Assembly (NCBI GenBank): GCA_030141605.1
Contig: JAQGDQ010000876.1
Span: 21,262-85,261 of the forward strand
From: Tubiluchus corallicola
Lineage: Eukaryota > Animalia > Priapulida
Direction: 5' to 3'
Length of the DNA stretch: 64,000 bases
Shown one piece after another: positions 11,989 through 24,324 of the stretch; the first letter of the stretch is position 1, and each line of letters begins with the position of its first letter. The translations under genes and the position numbers were made by a program. The notes beneath the pieces were generated by a model, which did no database searches, had not been told where the DNA came from, and saw only the letters and a list, made by a program, of their open reading frames with translations.

Positions 11989-12046
11989 CATTCAACAGTC
12001 TCATGCAGCTTCTTTGAGCCATATTCAGGAAAATTCCCGGGTTCAT
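11989..12046 (-). CDS. KLHL2/3: Kelch-like protein, probable first coding exon (whole exon 11989-12102 including 5' UTR)
   Basis: Strong acceptor ccttttctcttttcag and donor gtgagg; ATG at 12046 gives MNPGIFLNMAQRSCMRLLNE in phase with exon 2; in-frame stop upstream; true start codon uncertain. Confidence 0.6.
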
Positions 12047-12152
12047 AAAAACTGTATGATTTCAAGACACCTAATACCATCAGCCATTGCTCCTAATGTG
12101 ACCTGAAAAGAGAAAAGGTTCTTTAAATATTAGTTAGTTCTGTATCAAAAAA

Positions 12153-12452
12153 TAAAAGAAGAAACTTGGATAAGAAAAATAAAAAGACACTGTTTAAGAT
12201 GGATTGGACATATGCTTAGACTACCTGATGATATTCCAGTGATGATAGCTCTTCAACAAGCCATAGAACCAGCTAAAAAAACCTGCAGGAGGACAAATGT
12301 TAACATATTTAGATTTTGCACAGAAAGATTTAAACACTTCAGCATTGATGCTTAGAAATAAATGTACTTGGGGCACTGCGGCGAGCAGGGAGTTCTGGCA
12401 TAGGGAGGTGAGCAGAATCATGTCCCTGGACGTGTGATTCATTGGACGACGA
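12153..12452 (+). mobile_element. 5'-truncated RTE-like LINE 3' fragment
   Basis: RWIGHMLRLPDDIPV-type RT C-terminal remnant; near-identical to 62340-62645. Confidence 0.75.
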
Positions 12453-15400
12453 ATCAGTATGTGGGTGAAAGTGCAAGCGTTGATTACACGGCAAGTGAGA
12501 TTAATGTGGGTTGACATGACATAATCAGGACAAACCATCATGACACTGAAATTGTGAAGAAGTATTTGAGCAATATGAAAAATTTATAAGGTTGAGACTA
12601 TTACTGCTACCTACTAGACAAAAAATGTGAAATTGAAAAACAGGTACTCGTATCAGTGACTACTAATAGTTTAGAAAACAAGTCGATTATATTACACTTT
12701 GTTGAAAATTGTTGAAATAATAACAACATTCGTCATATAATATTCAGTTAATATTCAATTTATCATTCAACATAGATGCATCACTAGCGGTGCCACCATA
12801 GTCATCGAAAACTTTGAGTGCACCTAATAACTAAGGTCTATGCACAATCGACACCAATCACAGCTAGTTGGACAAACATCATATTCCTGCAGCAAAGAGT
12901 GGTTGCAGATGAGACGACTTTGAACTTTCAGTCTTTGATATTAATTGGAGACTGTTTGTCAGTGCAGGAGCTTCACTGGAACAGCTGGAAATCGTTAAAA
13001 AGCCCACAAATTAAAACGATGTGTGATTAAGATCTGGGCTGTTACTGTTATATCATGCACAACACTAGCTGGAACATGGCCTTGCATGACACCTTGTGTA
13101 TTACAGTACCACATCATACCTCGCCTCTGTGCTACAGTGGTACACCTTGAGACGGTACGCGGTGAGCCAGTACAAGGCGAGGCAGCACACACCTGCCACC
13201 TAGTACAATGTTGCAATGTGGAGAGTGTGTGGAGGAAAATGTAATGTTCCACGTAGTGTTAGCCTGTTTGGCTATATTTCTTGCGTTTAGTTTCATCAGA
13301 AAAATTTTCCCAAAAGCGAATATATTTATCCAAGCTTAGTTCCAGTTCGGCGTCAGTGCACTATCCGAGCTTAGGGCCGATGTTATATATAGCTTAAAAG
13401 GTGACATAGTATTAACAGTGCGTCTTTATCCTTTTTGTAACTTTATCCTTCAGTGCAAAGGTAACATCTACAAACACCATAGTAATTTTTATGACTACTT
13501 AGTAGAAATGAAGCAAGAAATTACCATTAAACGTTACGTAAAAACCAAAATATCAAAATCTTCAATCAAATTCCCATTCATTCAACCAAGCCAAGGATTC
13601 TCCTCATTGCCTAAGCGATACGATGCGCCATCTACTGTGCGTAAAAAGTGAATCCAGAACACATAACCATACACGATGGATGTGTGTACCAATACTGTAT
13701 TAAGTTCACTGATGGGTAACTTTCACTGCTTTGTGCATAATTACAATGATAAGAAAAAAGGAGGAAAACGCTATATTCAGTGTTCCAGGAAAAATAAGGA
13801 AGAGCAGCGAAGGAGACCATGTAGGTCACCAACTCAACTACTTTGATCTTTCGAAAAAAGTTTGTATTGGTACTTTTAATGAGAAGGCACTACACAGTTA
13901 TACAGTGCCTGTTAATAAACAAAAAATGTACATGGAATTTGCACAAAAGGGCATGAAAGAATGTAAATTCTATAGAGTTCAACAGAGCTCTCATTGTTGC
14001 TGCAAGAATATAATGTCTGGTAGGAATGAGAGTCAAATGTTTGAATTCGATTTGAACCAATTTTTTTGATTTCAATTTGCTTCATACCTAAAACTATCAA
14101 TTAGAATAATTCACCTGTTCAACTACATGTCGTTTATTATTAAGCGTTCCAAATAGCGTCAATCAGTACATTTTATAGCTCAATCACATTTAGCTGTGAC
14201 CTGAATTGCCATACCCAAGCTTCTCATTCCCATAGTGCTTTGTGACTGCCTCTATCAGGTACCTGCCATACAAGGTTCGTGATGCTAGCTTTTACACTTA
14301 TGGAGTTATTGACAAGACCCCATTTTAATAATTTTTTCCTTTGCCAAGCCCCTCCCCCAAATGCCCGCTTTTCAAATGTGCAATAACATGGGCTCCTAGT
14401 TGAGCACTAAGTAGAGCCACAAAGCCATTCACCCTAATTTTGACATTTTAGGTTCAGCTAATAATTCCTGTTGTTTCAATCGTTTTAATGATAAAGAACC
14501 TATGTGATTAAACTGCTGACCTATACGGATCTATAGTTTTAGTTTTGAATTGAATTCAAACTAAAAAACTCGTTCAATGCTCACCAATAGAGAATTCAGC
14601 AATAGCAAAATTATGATTTAAGACAAAAATCAAGTCAGCAAGATTTTTCACAGTTAGCACTTGAAGTTTTGGTCATATTGCAGAATGTTAAGTTTGTGAC
14701 TTTATAACAGTCTAGTTTTTCGCTAAAAATTGCACAACACAATTTTCGAGATTATGTTGAATTTCTGGATCTTTGTTTCGCTTTTGTAAACGAGACAAAC
14801 TTTCAGCAAGGATCATGACAGTAGTTGTAAAAATTGCCAGCTAGAGTTTGGGTATTTCATTATTCTTTCTTTTTGGTGGAAATTAATATCCAACAAGAAA
14901 TTACATGGATAAACAGATATTTTCTTAGGTACTATAACAGTGTACAAAATTATAAATTTTTGTTGCTGTGGTCAATTGCAATAGTTGCGAAAATTACAGG
15001 TGCGCATTAGATCAGACGGTGAACGTGGTGGCTGGTGGACAATAGTTATGTGAGGTTGGTAAGCATTGCTGATGATTTAACTTTCACTGCCAATGGTTGA
15101 CATTTATACACAATCAGTATAGACAGAAGGTCTATTTTCAAAATCATAGTAAGTGACAATTATGTCTAAAAAGTTCTTTGTAGTGTTTGTTCTACAGGTG
15201 GCTGCTATAACTGACAGTACTGTGTTTTCTAGACGTATTTCCTTGACTTTTTTGCTGACCATCTACATGGTACGTGAAAGGTGTATATAGTGTAAGTGTG
15301 TCTGAAGTGTAAATGGGCAATGAGGTGACAAATATGCGGAAGGAAGTTTATTGAAGCTTTTGTGACATCGCATTAAGACAACAATTTCTAACATAACATC

Positions 15401-15539
15401 ATATATACTCTTCTCAATGCAAAGGAGTAATAATCTCTGCATACAAGTTTCTATCTCTTCAGGCTTTTTCAACATCGAGTCAGCGTATCATCGGAATATG
15501 TAGTAATATAATATGTCTAAGGTTCATCAGTGTGATACC

Positions 15540-16030
15540 GATAAGTCACGAGAGGAAGCAGGAATCACGGAAGGCGTACTTCCAAAAATCTAAGTATCCG
15601 CTTTTTGCTTCCGGCGTTCGACGTCATTTTGTGAAATTGTGACAAACAAAAGCAACAAACATATAATTCTTAATTCACAGTTTCATTAACGGCTTTATTT
15701 GTCATTATTAAACAAAAGATAACAATTGCTTTGTTTTTATTTGGACTGAAACTTCAAGATTACTGCTGCATTGTGAGTTTCAATTTTAAGCGGCTGTTTT
15801 TGTACATCATCACTCCAAGTTTAATCATAATCGGATTTTTTACTCACTTTTTAAAGCAAAAGCCAATTTTCTCGAGAAGTTGAGCATATTATAATATTTG
15901 AGAGAAATGCTAGAAGGTTTCAGAAATTATGATAAGTGCTTAGTGTAATTAGTATAATAAATTTAAAGTCGCGATCACTTCACGCTTGGGCGCGTTCATT
16001 TTGAACGAAAAATGGCGTCATGCAGTTACT
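15540..16030. promoter_or_regulatory. Probable bidirectional promoter region between kelch-like gene and hnRNP F/H gene
   Basis: CpG-enriched patches between divergent genes; ETS-like CTTCCGG (~15608), CRE-like GACGTCA (~15620), YY1-like AAAATGGCG (~16009). Confidence 0.5.
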
Positions 16031-16679
16031 GTGCAATCCGGTGCTTGAGTAATCTTACTTTTAGAGCAGACTCTATAAACCAAGTAAATTGCCTCGTAGC
16101 TACTATATGCTCCCAAGTTTGAAACTCAACAAAAGTTTGTAAATTAATTATTCACAAAGTAAATGTACACTGTGTGTAAATCATAAATGTAAATCCTGTG
16201 GTTTAAACTAAAACTATGTAACCACTTTGAGTTTGTTCATAATTGACCTGCTGATTATTTTTTACTTTCTCGCAGTTAAATGAAATGCTAGATTAATGGA
16301 ACTTATGAATGAACTGTAGAAATTTCGCAATGCATATCTTCTCAACCGCCTGCCTTCCTGTTATTTACCAGCTTACAAATGTGCCTGGAGCGATGTTCGT
16401 TTGGTGGGAGAGAAGAAATATATTTAATTTCTTTTACTTTTTCAATCAAGACATTTTATGTGAATATATTGTATGGTGATTTCAATATTTTTAATTGCAT
16501 ATTGAAATGCAATAAATATCGTTCAACAGTTTTTCCTTTAATATAGCTTGGTTAATACTGTATTAATAAATGTGTAATGATCTAATGAAGTGACAAAGGT
16601 CTTAGTTTGTGGTATGCAGTTTGAGCAGTAGTGTTTAAATTTTGGTTTATTCTTTTGTTTAGGTTTCTTTTCCATCCTC

Positions 16680-16797
16680 ATGACAAAATACAATAACAGC
16701 AGTGGGGGTGCTAGTGGGGATGATGATGGTTATGTCATCAGAGCTCGAGGTTTACCCTGGACTTGTGATGCAGAGGAAGTAGTAGACTTTTTTAGAG
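16680..16797 (+). CDS. HNRNPH/F: hnRNP F/H family protein, coding exon 1 (acceptor at 16663)
   Basis: MTKYNNSSGGASGDDDGYVIRARGLPWTCDAEEVVDFFR; start of qRRM1 (RGLPW). Confidence 0.9.
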
Positions 16798-16900
16798 GTG
16801 ACATATTCATTTATATTTTCATTTAGTTTTGTTTGTTTAGTTTTCATTTAGTCAGTGTTTCCCGTTCAACTTTGTATTAATTTGAGTCCCGTTAAGACTT

Positions 16901-17385
16901 CAGGGGTGCGCAAATTGCGGCCCGCCGAGGGAATTTGTGCGGCCCACAAAGAGATTTGTCAACCTAATGAAACTGCGGCCTGGGCGATTAATTGAGTGCA
17001 TCCAGCTGAAGTCCGTGCCACGATCCCAACGATAGTGCGGGTAGTTTTTTCTACTAGATCGGATGTCATTAACCCTTACAAGATGGTTGTAGCTTAATGT
17101 CGCTGTACTACACAGACTGTGTGATACACATTACTAATATGCATTGTAATGAAATTACCACTATCTGTCCTGAAAGTAGAAATATATGGTTTGTAATATA
17201 AATTTTAATAACTTCTAAAATAGTTTCTTGAGTGCAGTAGTAATGATGTACCCAGGTCGGATGCAAAAAAAATCGTTATTATGCCTTTCTGTACTTGGCT
17301 CCTTGATCAAAAACTGTCTGTGGCCCGCAGGAATTGCGGGAAAGTTTAATGCGGCCCGGCTAGTCAGATAATTTGCACACCCCTG
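16901..17385. mobile_element. hAT MITE family A copy 2
   Basis: Same TIRs and body as 6369-6843; TSD not recognisable. Confidence 0.88.
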
Positions 17386-19090
17386 TGCTAAGTAATCCAC
17401 CTGATGCATATTAATCACCTACAGTTTTGTTTTCGTTTTCGTATTGGTGAATGGTCCTTTAAGTTTATGTTTCAAGTTTAGAAAAATAGCAAGATAGAAG
17501 ACATGCAAAGCACTTATTCAGGATTATTCTTGTCACTCAATTAGAAAATATTGTGGCAGACACATCCTTATTTCCAGATAAACAGAAACATCGCATTTAG
17601 TTAAAAATGCTAAAAATGTCGAGTTTATATTGCATTTACTTTTTCGTACAGAATTTGAATTCTCTAGCAGAACTGTCCATAAACTTGAGGTTAAAGTCTC
17701 ATAGCTGACCTTCTTGCTAAGTCAAACCTGGAAAATTTCATGCCCAAATGCAGAGTATGACATATCTAGTGCTGCCATAACAGTGGATGACAATGAAATT
17801 GAAGTTGCAACATGCGATTTGGCCATAAATAGTATTCTGGACGACTTGTGCCATATTACTGACAGTATTGAATATGTTAAAGTGTTCCCATATTGTTAGC
17901 ATAGCAGTTTAATGTTAAGAAGTAATTCCCTTCATTAATAGTTAATCAATTACAAACAATAAAATTTAAAATAGATTTACTGGCGTGCTGGCCTCCTTTA
18001 ACATTCCGTACACTCCAAAAATGCAGGAAATGCAGTTTACAGATTAGTTGACAGTACTAAATGACTAAGAAGGCTTAGTGTGATATCACTGGTACTGACA
18101 TGTTCTTCAGGAACCTCGCCAAATCGCTTGTAGTCTAATGCGTCAAGTTACGCTTACTGTCTATAAATGGTAAAAGACAGTGTAAAGGCCATGTGAAAAC
18201 ATCAAAATTTTGGACACTTTAAACATGCAGAATTCACCCTTTTTGTTGTCAAAATTGGCCTCAAAAAATGTTAAATGCAGGCAGTGCTTCAGTTTCTGAG
18301 ACCCCACTGGGGAACAGAATTCCACCAGGCCTTCTAACAGCCTAGCTGCTGTGCCTGTGGGTCCCTGTAATTTTTAATCCGACCACTTTGAATGCAGATA
18401 ATTGTTCACAGGATAAAGTTGCTTGCATCTTTATGGCAAGGATGATTTGACATATTGTATTAGTCAGTGCAGCAGGGTGTACAATTATTATGAAGTTGAT
18501 ACAGTTAATTAATGAAAATGTTTTGGCTTGAAAGCTTGACTCACCTAAAAGGTGGGGCAATTTGGCCCGTTATTTTAGCAAAATACAGAGACACGTTTTA
18601 TAATTTTTGTCATGTGATCGAGTTACTGTTGGCATGCTCAAAATTTGTCAAATACAAGAGGTGAAGGATCTTTCTCAGTTGTAAGATGTCTTAAAACTCA
18701 TTAGCATAGCAGACTAGGAGATGCGTCTCCTAATACATAATGCGTTTTAGTATTGATGAACCACACCCAAAAAAGTTTTAAGCTAGAAAAGCTGGCGGAC
18801 GATTTTTTAGGGAAAAAAATATGAGACCTTGTGGGCCTAAGAAATGAACCATGAATTCTGAAATGCCAGACCATTTTAATGCTAAAAAAGAAAATTAATA
18901 CAGATTCCTTGTCATATTTTCCAAAAATAAAAAATTGAAAGGTTTTTATCTTCTTGAAGTCAGTCTTTATTTTCCTACACATTACATTACACCATTGCTT
19001 TCATTATAACACTGTAATGTTGAGCCAGCCATGAAAGCCATTAAATTAACGAGGAATTTTTACTTTATTTTAAATATGTTTTTGTTACAG

Positions 19091-19246
19091 ATTCCCGTAT
19101 AATCGGAGGCAAAAATGGTGTGCATTTCACTTTTACCAAAGAGGGACGACCAAGTGGCGAATGTTTCGTAGAATTTGACGGTGAAGATGATTATAATAAT
19201 GCATTGAAGAAACATAATGCGCATATGGGTTCTAGATATATTGAAG
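19091..19246 (+). CDS. HNRNPH/F: hnRNP F/H, coding exon 2 (qRRM1)
   Basis: 156 nt; SRIIGGKNGVHFTFTKEGRPSGECFVEFDGEDDYNNALKKHNAHMGSRYIE. Confidence 0.95.
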
Positions 19247-19451
19247 GTACTTTACTGCAAACATTATTTAAAGTGTGAAATGCAGATACAAGAGTTAACT
19301 TTGTGTAGTGTGATGTGAGTTTACTTGCATTGAAGAAACATAATGCGCATATGGGTTCTAGATATATTGAAGGTACTTTACTGCAAACTTTATTTAATGT
19401 GTGAAATGCAGATACAAGAGTTCACTTTGTGTAGTGTAATGTACGTTTACT
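19200..19451 (+). repeat. 126-bp tandem duplication of the hnRNP exon 2 3' end plus donor site
   Basis: tgcattgaagaaacataatgcgcatatgggttctagatatattgaag|gtacttt at 19200 and 19326. Confidence 0.93.
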
Positions 19452-20404
19452 ATGTCCTACTTTTTATAATTTTTGGTCGGGTACGAAAACACACCATTCA
19501 GACACAAAGCGAGATCAGAGTTAGAAAAAGTACCTTTTTGATAAATCCTGAGCGGGAGGCCAATGGCTTTTCATTTGGGAAAAAGCAAGTTAAAAGAGGA
19601 TTTATTGAATTGAAAATGTTGGATTTTTTCAAACTCAATTTTTTTCACTTTTTAACATGAAGCTGTACATAACTTGTAGAAATCATTGAAGGTATAGATG
19701 AAGACGGTCCGAACGCCATCAAAATAGAAATCTCGTGTTTCTTTCCCATGATTTCTTTTTGCATAAAGTTTTTCATCAAAGTCAGTGTTCAGAAATGGTG
19801 ACAGGTCATAATTTTGTTATGTAGCAAATTCTAGAGATTGGTTCTATGATCTTGTGCTGGAGATTAACATATAAAATAATCAACTTACTAGACATTCGGT
19901 GATGTGGTTCACCATTTTAGCTGAAAATGACTCTTCTTCAAAATCTGCAAAGTGTATGTTGAATAGTGTTGAATCATGTTGGAATAAATAATATCTTGAT
20001 CGTAAACAACTTAAGAATAGTGTAAATATAAGAGATTGGACTATAAACTCTTCACTTTACAAAATCAAGCGGGAATTCTCATCGTTTTTATAAAATAAAT
20101 TATTCTAAACAAATGATGAACTGTTGTATGTATTAGAACAAATAATTATGACAAATACAAAACTTTATTTTTGGCAAGCCTTTTGCATGTACATACACAA
20201 TGCAAAATTGATTAATTTATGTACATTTCATATATGCATTGTTTAACTATCTAAAAATATTACGGTTTATATTGCTAGATCATTTTTAAAGCATTGCACA
20301 AGCATGAGATGTTGCGTCAGGTTGTCAACCATTATGTAATGGACTTATTGAAATGTAGCGTAGTTTATTCTTGTGGATCTATAGAAAATTTTTGCTATTT
20401 TTAG

Positions 20405-20545
20405 TATTTAAATCAAAGAGAAGTGAAATGGACTGGGTGGTAAAAAGAAGTGGTCCCTCCCAGGAAGCCACTGGAGATGCTTGTGTGCGCTTAAGAGGGC
20501 TTCCTTTCGGATGCACAAAGGAAGAAATAGCACAATTTTTTTCAG
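20405..20545 (+). CDS. HNRNPH/F: hnRNP F/H, coding exon 3
   Basis: 141 nt; [18 protein letters not shown]...[21 protein letters not shown]. Confidence 0.96.
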
Positions 20546-22540
20546 GTATGTACTAACAAAGCTGTTTATAGTGTCGAACTAAAATTATGTGACAGAAAAC
20601 TTTTTTTAGAAAACAACTTCAGGGTTGATTATGATTTTTTCTTTTGCTTTGGTGCAACAAGATTATCATTTCTGCATTGTTAAGTCATCGTAAAATACAC
20701 GTGTAAAATGTAAAGCTGTAGTTTAGTTTTTAGTCTGCAATATTGGTGGTATCTTAGCTGTGTTCTACAACGATGGGAAAATGGATTTGCCATTTTTGTT
20801 CAATTTTTTAGTCTTAATTTTTTTTGAAAACCTGTAAATTTTTTTAAATATTTATAATTTTTTGTGCTCATCATATTATTTTTGGAACTTTGGATTCACA
20901 AAACCATTTGTTTCTGCAAAACCAAAAGTGTCAGTGATATTCTACAAAAATCTGTACTTCTAGTTTATTTGTTTTTTCTGCAAAATAGTAATTTTTCTGC
21001 TAATTGAAGGGAATTATTCTTGTCTGAAACGAAAAACTGTTTTATCCCTTGCTAAAAGGGTAGTTTTGCATTTTTTGCATCACTGTGCATTAAGAAGGCA
21101 TTACCTGAGTTTTTTGATGTGATGCAATAAAGTCTAGTCACAGAAATTTTTTAGTTGACAGTTTTGTTGTTCCTGTTTAGTGTAATCATGATGTAATTAT
21201 TCTACTCACGTTCCTCATCAAAATGCATAGTTCAGATTGTTGCTTCACCACAGAATCTTCTTGATTTACCCCCGGTTTTCATTTATTCTTTATTATTTGT
21301 GCTACAGTCACAGACTCTCACAGGGCACACCCACAGGTCAAAGGTCATGATGTGGGTTGAGTTTCTTGTTTTTCGTTAGACTGAATTTTTGAGCTAGTAG
21401 GACACAGTAGGACTAGGTCGGGGTCGGAATTTTGTACGAGGCGGAATACGGTTATTTGTGTACGGGAAAAATTTTCGCTAAGGAGCAAAATGCAAATGTG
21501 CTTGGCGCGCAAGGGAAGCTGCCTGCCATTGCACAAACTGCGGTTAGTTTCTGATGTAAGCAATAGCTGTGTTCGGTTGCCGTTAATTAACTTTCTAAGC
21601 TAATTGTTCAAATATAAGGAACAATTGTTGACTTTTATAGGCAAGAAAATGTATATTTTGGACAGTAAATTAAAATGAGATTGAGTCTAAACAATCGTCC
21701 GGTCTTCTTTTAAGCGAGTACTAATTCCAGGCTGAATACAGCAAATAATGCCTGGGTTCTTGCTCCCTGAACTTGCATGAGCAAAGACTGTTGGGGTGTT
21801 GTGTTCCATCACTATTACAGTTAACATACAAACATAGTTAATAGTAGGGAAAGCTGATCATTTAGTCAGAGCATCAGTAGTTTTGGATCTAAGTGTTCTG
21901 GGTTCAAATCCCAATGAAAGCTTTCTGCCGTAATCATTAGCGTTGAATTAAAATTGGCTTTAATGTGCTATGTTAAAATGTTATTGATAGTGAGGTAATT
22001 ATTTTGCAACTTTCTGAAACTTGCTGATGACTGGGAAAGGAAAATAGTCATGCAGTCACGTCGTGTGCTTGATTACGAAGAAAAGCAACACGGGACTTGC
22101 TTGATAAGTAGATGGATAACTGGTGACGGGTCATATGTCAAAAAGTAGACGTGCTGATTTCACTAAAATGCAATTCCTAGGTGACCAAGCGGGGCAAATT
22201 CAGTAGAGGCAATAGTATGACCTTCAGAGCAGAATCTTACTACAGTTTTTGACTGTGTCAAAGACATTCACTAGTTATTTTTAATTCAGTTCAATGTAAA
22301 ATCTCCTGCATAAGAAACTGACACGGATATCTCTTTTCCAGAAATTATACCTAAAAAAGATCTATGTAAAAATGTTATGCTAGGCTTTATTGGAGCTATT
22401 GTAGTTGCTTATAAGTTTTCTGTGAGCTTTTGCATTTCATTGTGTTAGTGCTAATTGTTCACGTAGCATGCAATTGTTCATTTTCCTCACATTAGATGAT
22501 ATGATCATAATTTCACTCACCTGCACAGCACGGTGATAAC

Positions 22541-23048
22541 CAGGGATGAGAATTTTCCGCGGATACGCGGAATTCCGAGCTTTTGGAAGACCAGTAGTGC
22601 CATTTTTGTAAATCGCGTAAATTCGTTGAGAAAATTTTTACGGACCCAGTTCCTTATTTCACAAGCTGACCGCTAGATGGCAGGCCGTTACTTTGTTTAC
22701 ATCACGTACATCAGTGTAACCACGTGTAGATCTCTATGTATAAAAATATAGAATCAATTGTGTGGAGTTATTTGAGTCAATTGCAGACAGTTTTTATATA
22801 CTTTTGCATAGGAGCTGCCACTACTTAGGTGTTTTTGAGACAATTAGGCATCATGTATCCTTGATAGTTGGGTATTTTAAATTATGCATGAAACAAGGTA
22901 ATTGATATTTTAACTCCACTTAGAGGCTCTCTATGGTCACAAAATTGCTATTTGTTGCTTCGCCTCCCTTGAACCCCCATGGGCCTACTCAGCCCCCAAA
23001 CCCCCGGCCTGTTTCAGAGTTTTTTGCAATTTGTCATTCTCATCCCTG
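22541..23048. mobile_element. hAT-like MITE family E copy 1
   Basis: TIR cagggatgagaat...attctcatccctg; second copy at 31262-31759. Confidence 0.85.
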
Positions 23049-23243
23049 GATAAGAAAACAAATATTCAGTTTTGAATAAAATATTGCTGCTCATAAGAGC
23101 TGCGAATTTCCGTCTTGTGAAATGCGGCAGAATGGTGTAACGTCATCGGCAGTCACTGAAACTTGAGAAGAGTAGTGGTCATCATAGTGGTCATCACGTT
23201 TTCATTCCATTTCTCCCGACTGTGTTACTTATATTTGTCAGAC

Positions 23244-23342
23244 AACAGTGTTGATTGTGATTGTCACATTGTTTAAAACAGTGTTGATTGTGATTGTCAC
23301 ATTGTTTAAAACAGTGTTGATTGTGATTGTCACATTGTTTAA
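23244..23342. repeat. 33-bp tandem repeat x3 upstream of the hnRNP exon 4 acceptor
   Basis: Unit aacagtgttgattgtgattgtcacattgtttaa. Confidence 0.92.
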
Positions 23343-23409
23343 TAGATCTGCTACTTTTGTTTGTAATTTAAATTTCTCTAAACATTGTTTCATCTGGGGT
23401 TCGCTGCAG

Positions 23410-23548
23410 GGTTGGAGATCGTACCAAATGGGATTACTTTACCGCTCGACTTCCAGGGGAGAACCACCGGGGATGCTTTCGTACAATTTGTCAATCCCAC
23501 CGTAGCTGAAAAAGCCATGTCGAAGCACAAGGAGAGGATTGGGCATAG
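23410..23548 (+). CDS. HNRNPH/F: hnRNP F/H, coding exon 4 (qRRM2; 139 nt, frameshifting if skipped)
   Basis: [47 protein letters not shown]; donor AG|gtggggg. Confidence 0.96.
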
Positions 23549-23772
23549 GTGGGGGCGCCACAAAGCCGATTAGATACAGCCATTTCAATGGACTTTCATA
23601 CTCTGTTGTCATTATAGTGTGCTGTGTGGTAGTTGTATGTGTTGGTGATGTGGCCACTGATAGTCACGGTGTACTGATGATGTGTTGCATGAGAAAAAAA
23701 CAGGATGAAATTAGTTCCTCCCAAAGTTTTGGTAAAATGCTTGACCATTTTTTAATGTTGTCGTTGTTTTAA

Positions 23773-24324
23773 TAGTGATGGGCGATTTTGAAATTTGTAA
23801 TTCGATATCACGACTAATCTTTTGCGGCAATTTTCTAGCGTTTTAGTGATTTTTTTCAAACATTGCAGCATTGAAATAATACCCTATGAACTTCTTCGCG
23901 ATTTTCGACGCTGTCTGCCATTTTCGTACGCGCAAACTATTTTTATGGACGTGTACATTCATAACTATTCAATTACTATGTCAGACACTTCGCGTGAAAA
24001 TCAGTGAAGACCCGTTTGCAACACTGTGGTTTGCAATTGCGCGCATTGTGTAAGGTGAGAAGTGCAAGGATTTCGTTTATTTGCGCTAAAACACTGCCTT
24101 TTAGTCTGTGTGTAACAAGTATATTTTGCTCTCGATTGATCTTGATTAACTGAAATACTGTTCAATAGCAAATTATATTGATTTATACATAGTTGTAATC
24201 TCGATTGGTCTTGATTAACTGAATAGTTATAATCTCGATTGGTCTTGATTAACTGAAATACTGTTCAATAGCCAATTGTATTGATTTATACATAGTTGTA
24301 ATCTCTATTAATCGCCCATCACTG
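23773..24324. mobile_element. hAT-like MITE
   Basis: TIR tagtgatgggcgatt...aatcgcccatcactg; degenerate 8-bp flanks; internal short repeats. Confidence 0.7.

Noticed and set aside
21855-21915. tRNA gene (GGTTCAAATCCC B box)
   Set aside because: No cloverleaf can be built; probably a decayed SINE head.
22024-22160. C/D-box snoRNA candidates (also ~25330-25437 and ~60597-60681)
   Set aside because: Box-like motifs only; no convincing terminal stem or recognisable rRNA/snRNA antisense element.
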